A stretch of 6,055 nucleotides of DNA from a virus (taxonomy: Duplodnaviria > Heunggongvirae > Uroviricota > Caudoviricetes). Of the stretch, positions 6,047-6,055 are shown piece after piece. Made by a program: the position numbers and the translations under genes. The stretch lies in IMG/VR virus record IMGVR_UViG_2660238408_000005. The stretch is one strand, 5' to 3'. The notes below the pieces were generated by a model. It was not told where the DNA came from, did no database searches, and was given only the letters and a program-made list of their open reading frames with translations. The stretch's first letter is position 1. Each line of letters begins with the position of its first letter.

Positions 6047-6055
6047 ATGAGCAGA
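6047..6055 (+). CDS. Start of next late-region gene (truncated by window end; product unknown)
   Basis: ATG at 6047 preceded by GAAGGAG at 6034-6040 (6-nt spacer). Only 3 codons are visible (MSR). Confidence 0.3.

Noticed and set aside
1-6055. CRISPR array, IS element or integrase/transposase
   Set aside because: No repeat-spacer periodicity, terminal inverted repeats or transposase/integrase-like ORFs were seen. The only notable repeats are the 11-mer at 20-30/80-90 and short palindromes reported above.

Overview
All supported genes are on the + strand, and the window reads as a lambdoid (phage 21 / lambda-like) enterobacterial prophage segment running from the replication module into the lysis cassette. 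In order: a DnaC-like helicase loader (96-974), a DnaB-family helicase (971-2362), a compact nin-like region (85-aa helical protein, NinH-like protein), a Q21/QuuD-type antiterminator Q (2904-3284), an intrinsic terminator (3371-3397), the 5' end of a tRNA (from 3484) running into a 415-nt masked N block (3503-3917), then a phage-21-type lysis cassette: S21-like pinholin (4137-4352), SAR endolysin (5051-5584) and Rz/Rz1 spanins (5581-5985 / 5801-5995). The most interesting item is an unrecognised 209-aa ORF (4356-4985) wedged between the pinholin and the endolysin. Family assignments rest on motifs read from the supplied translations and on recalled family sequences; no database search was run. 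Minus-strand ORFs and ORFs spanning the N block are rejected as artefacts.
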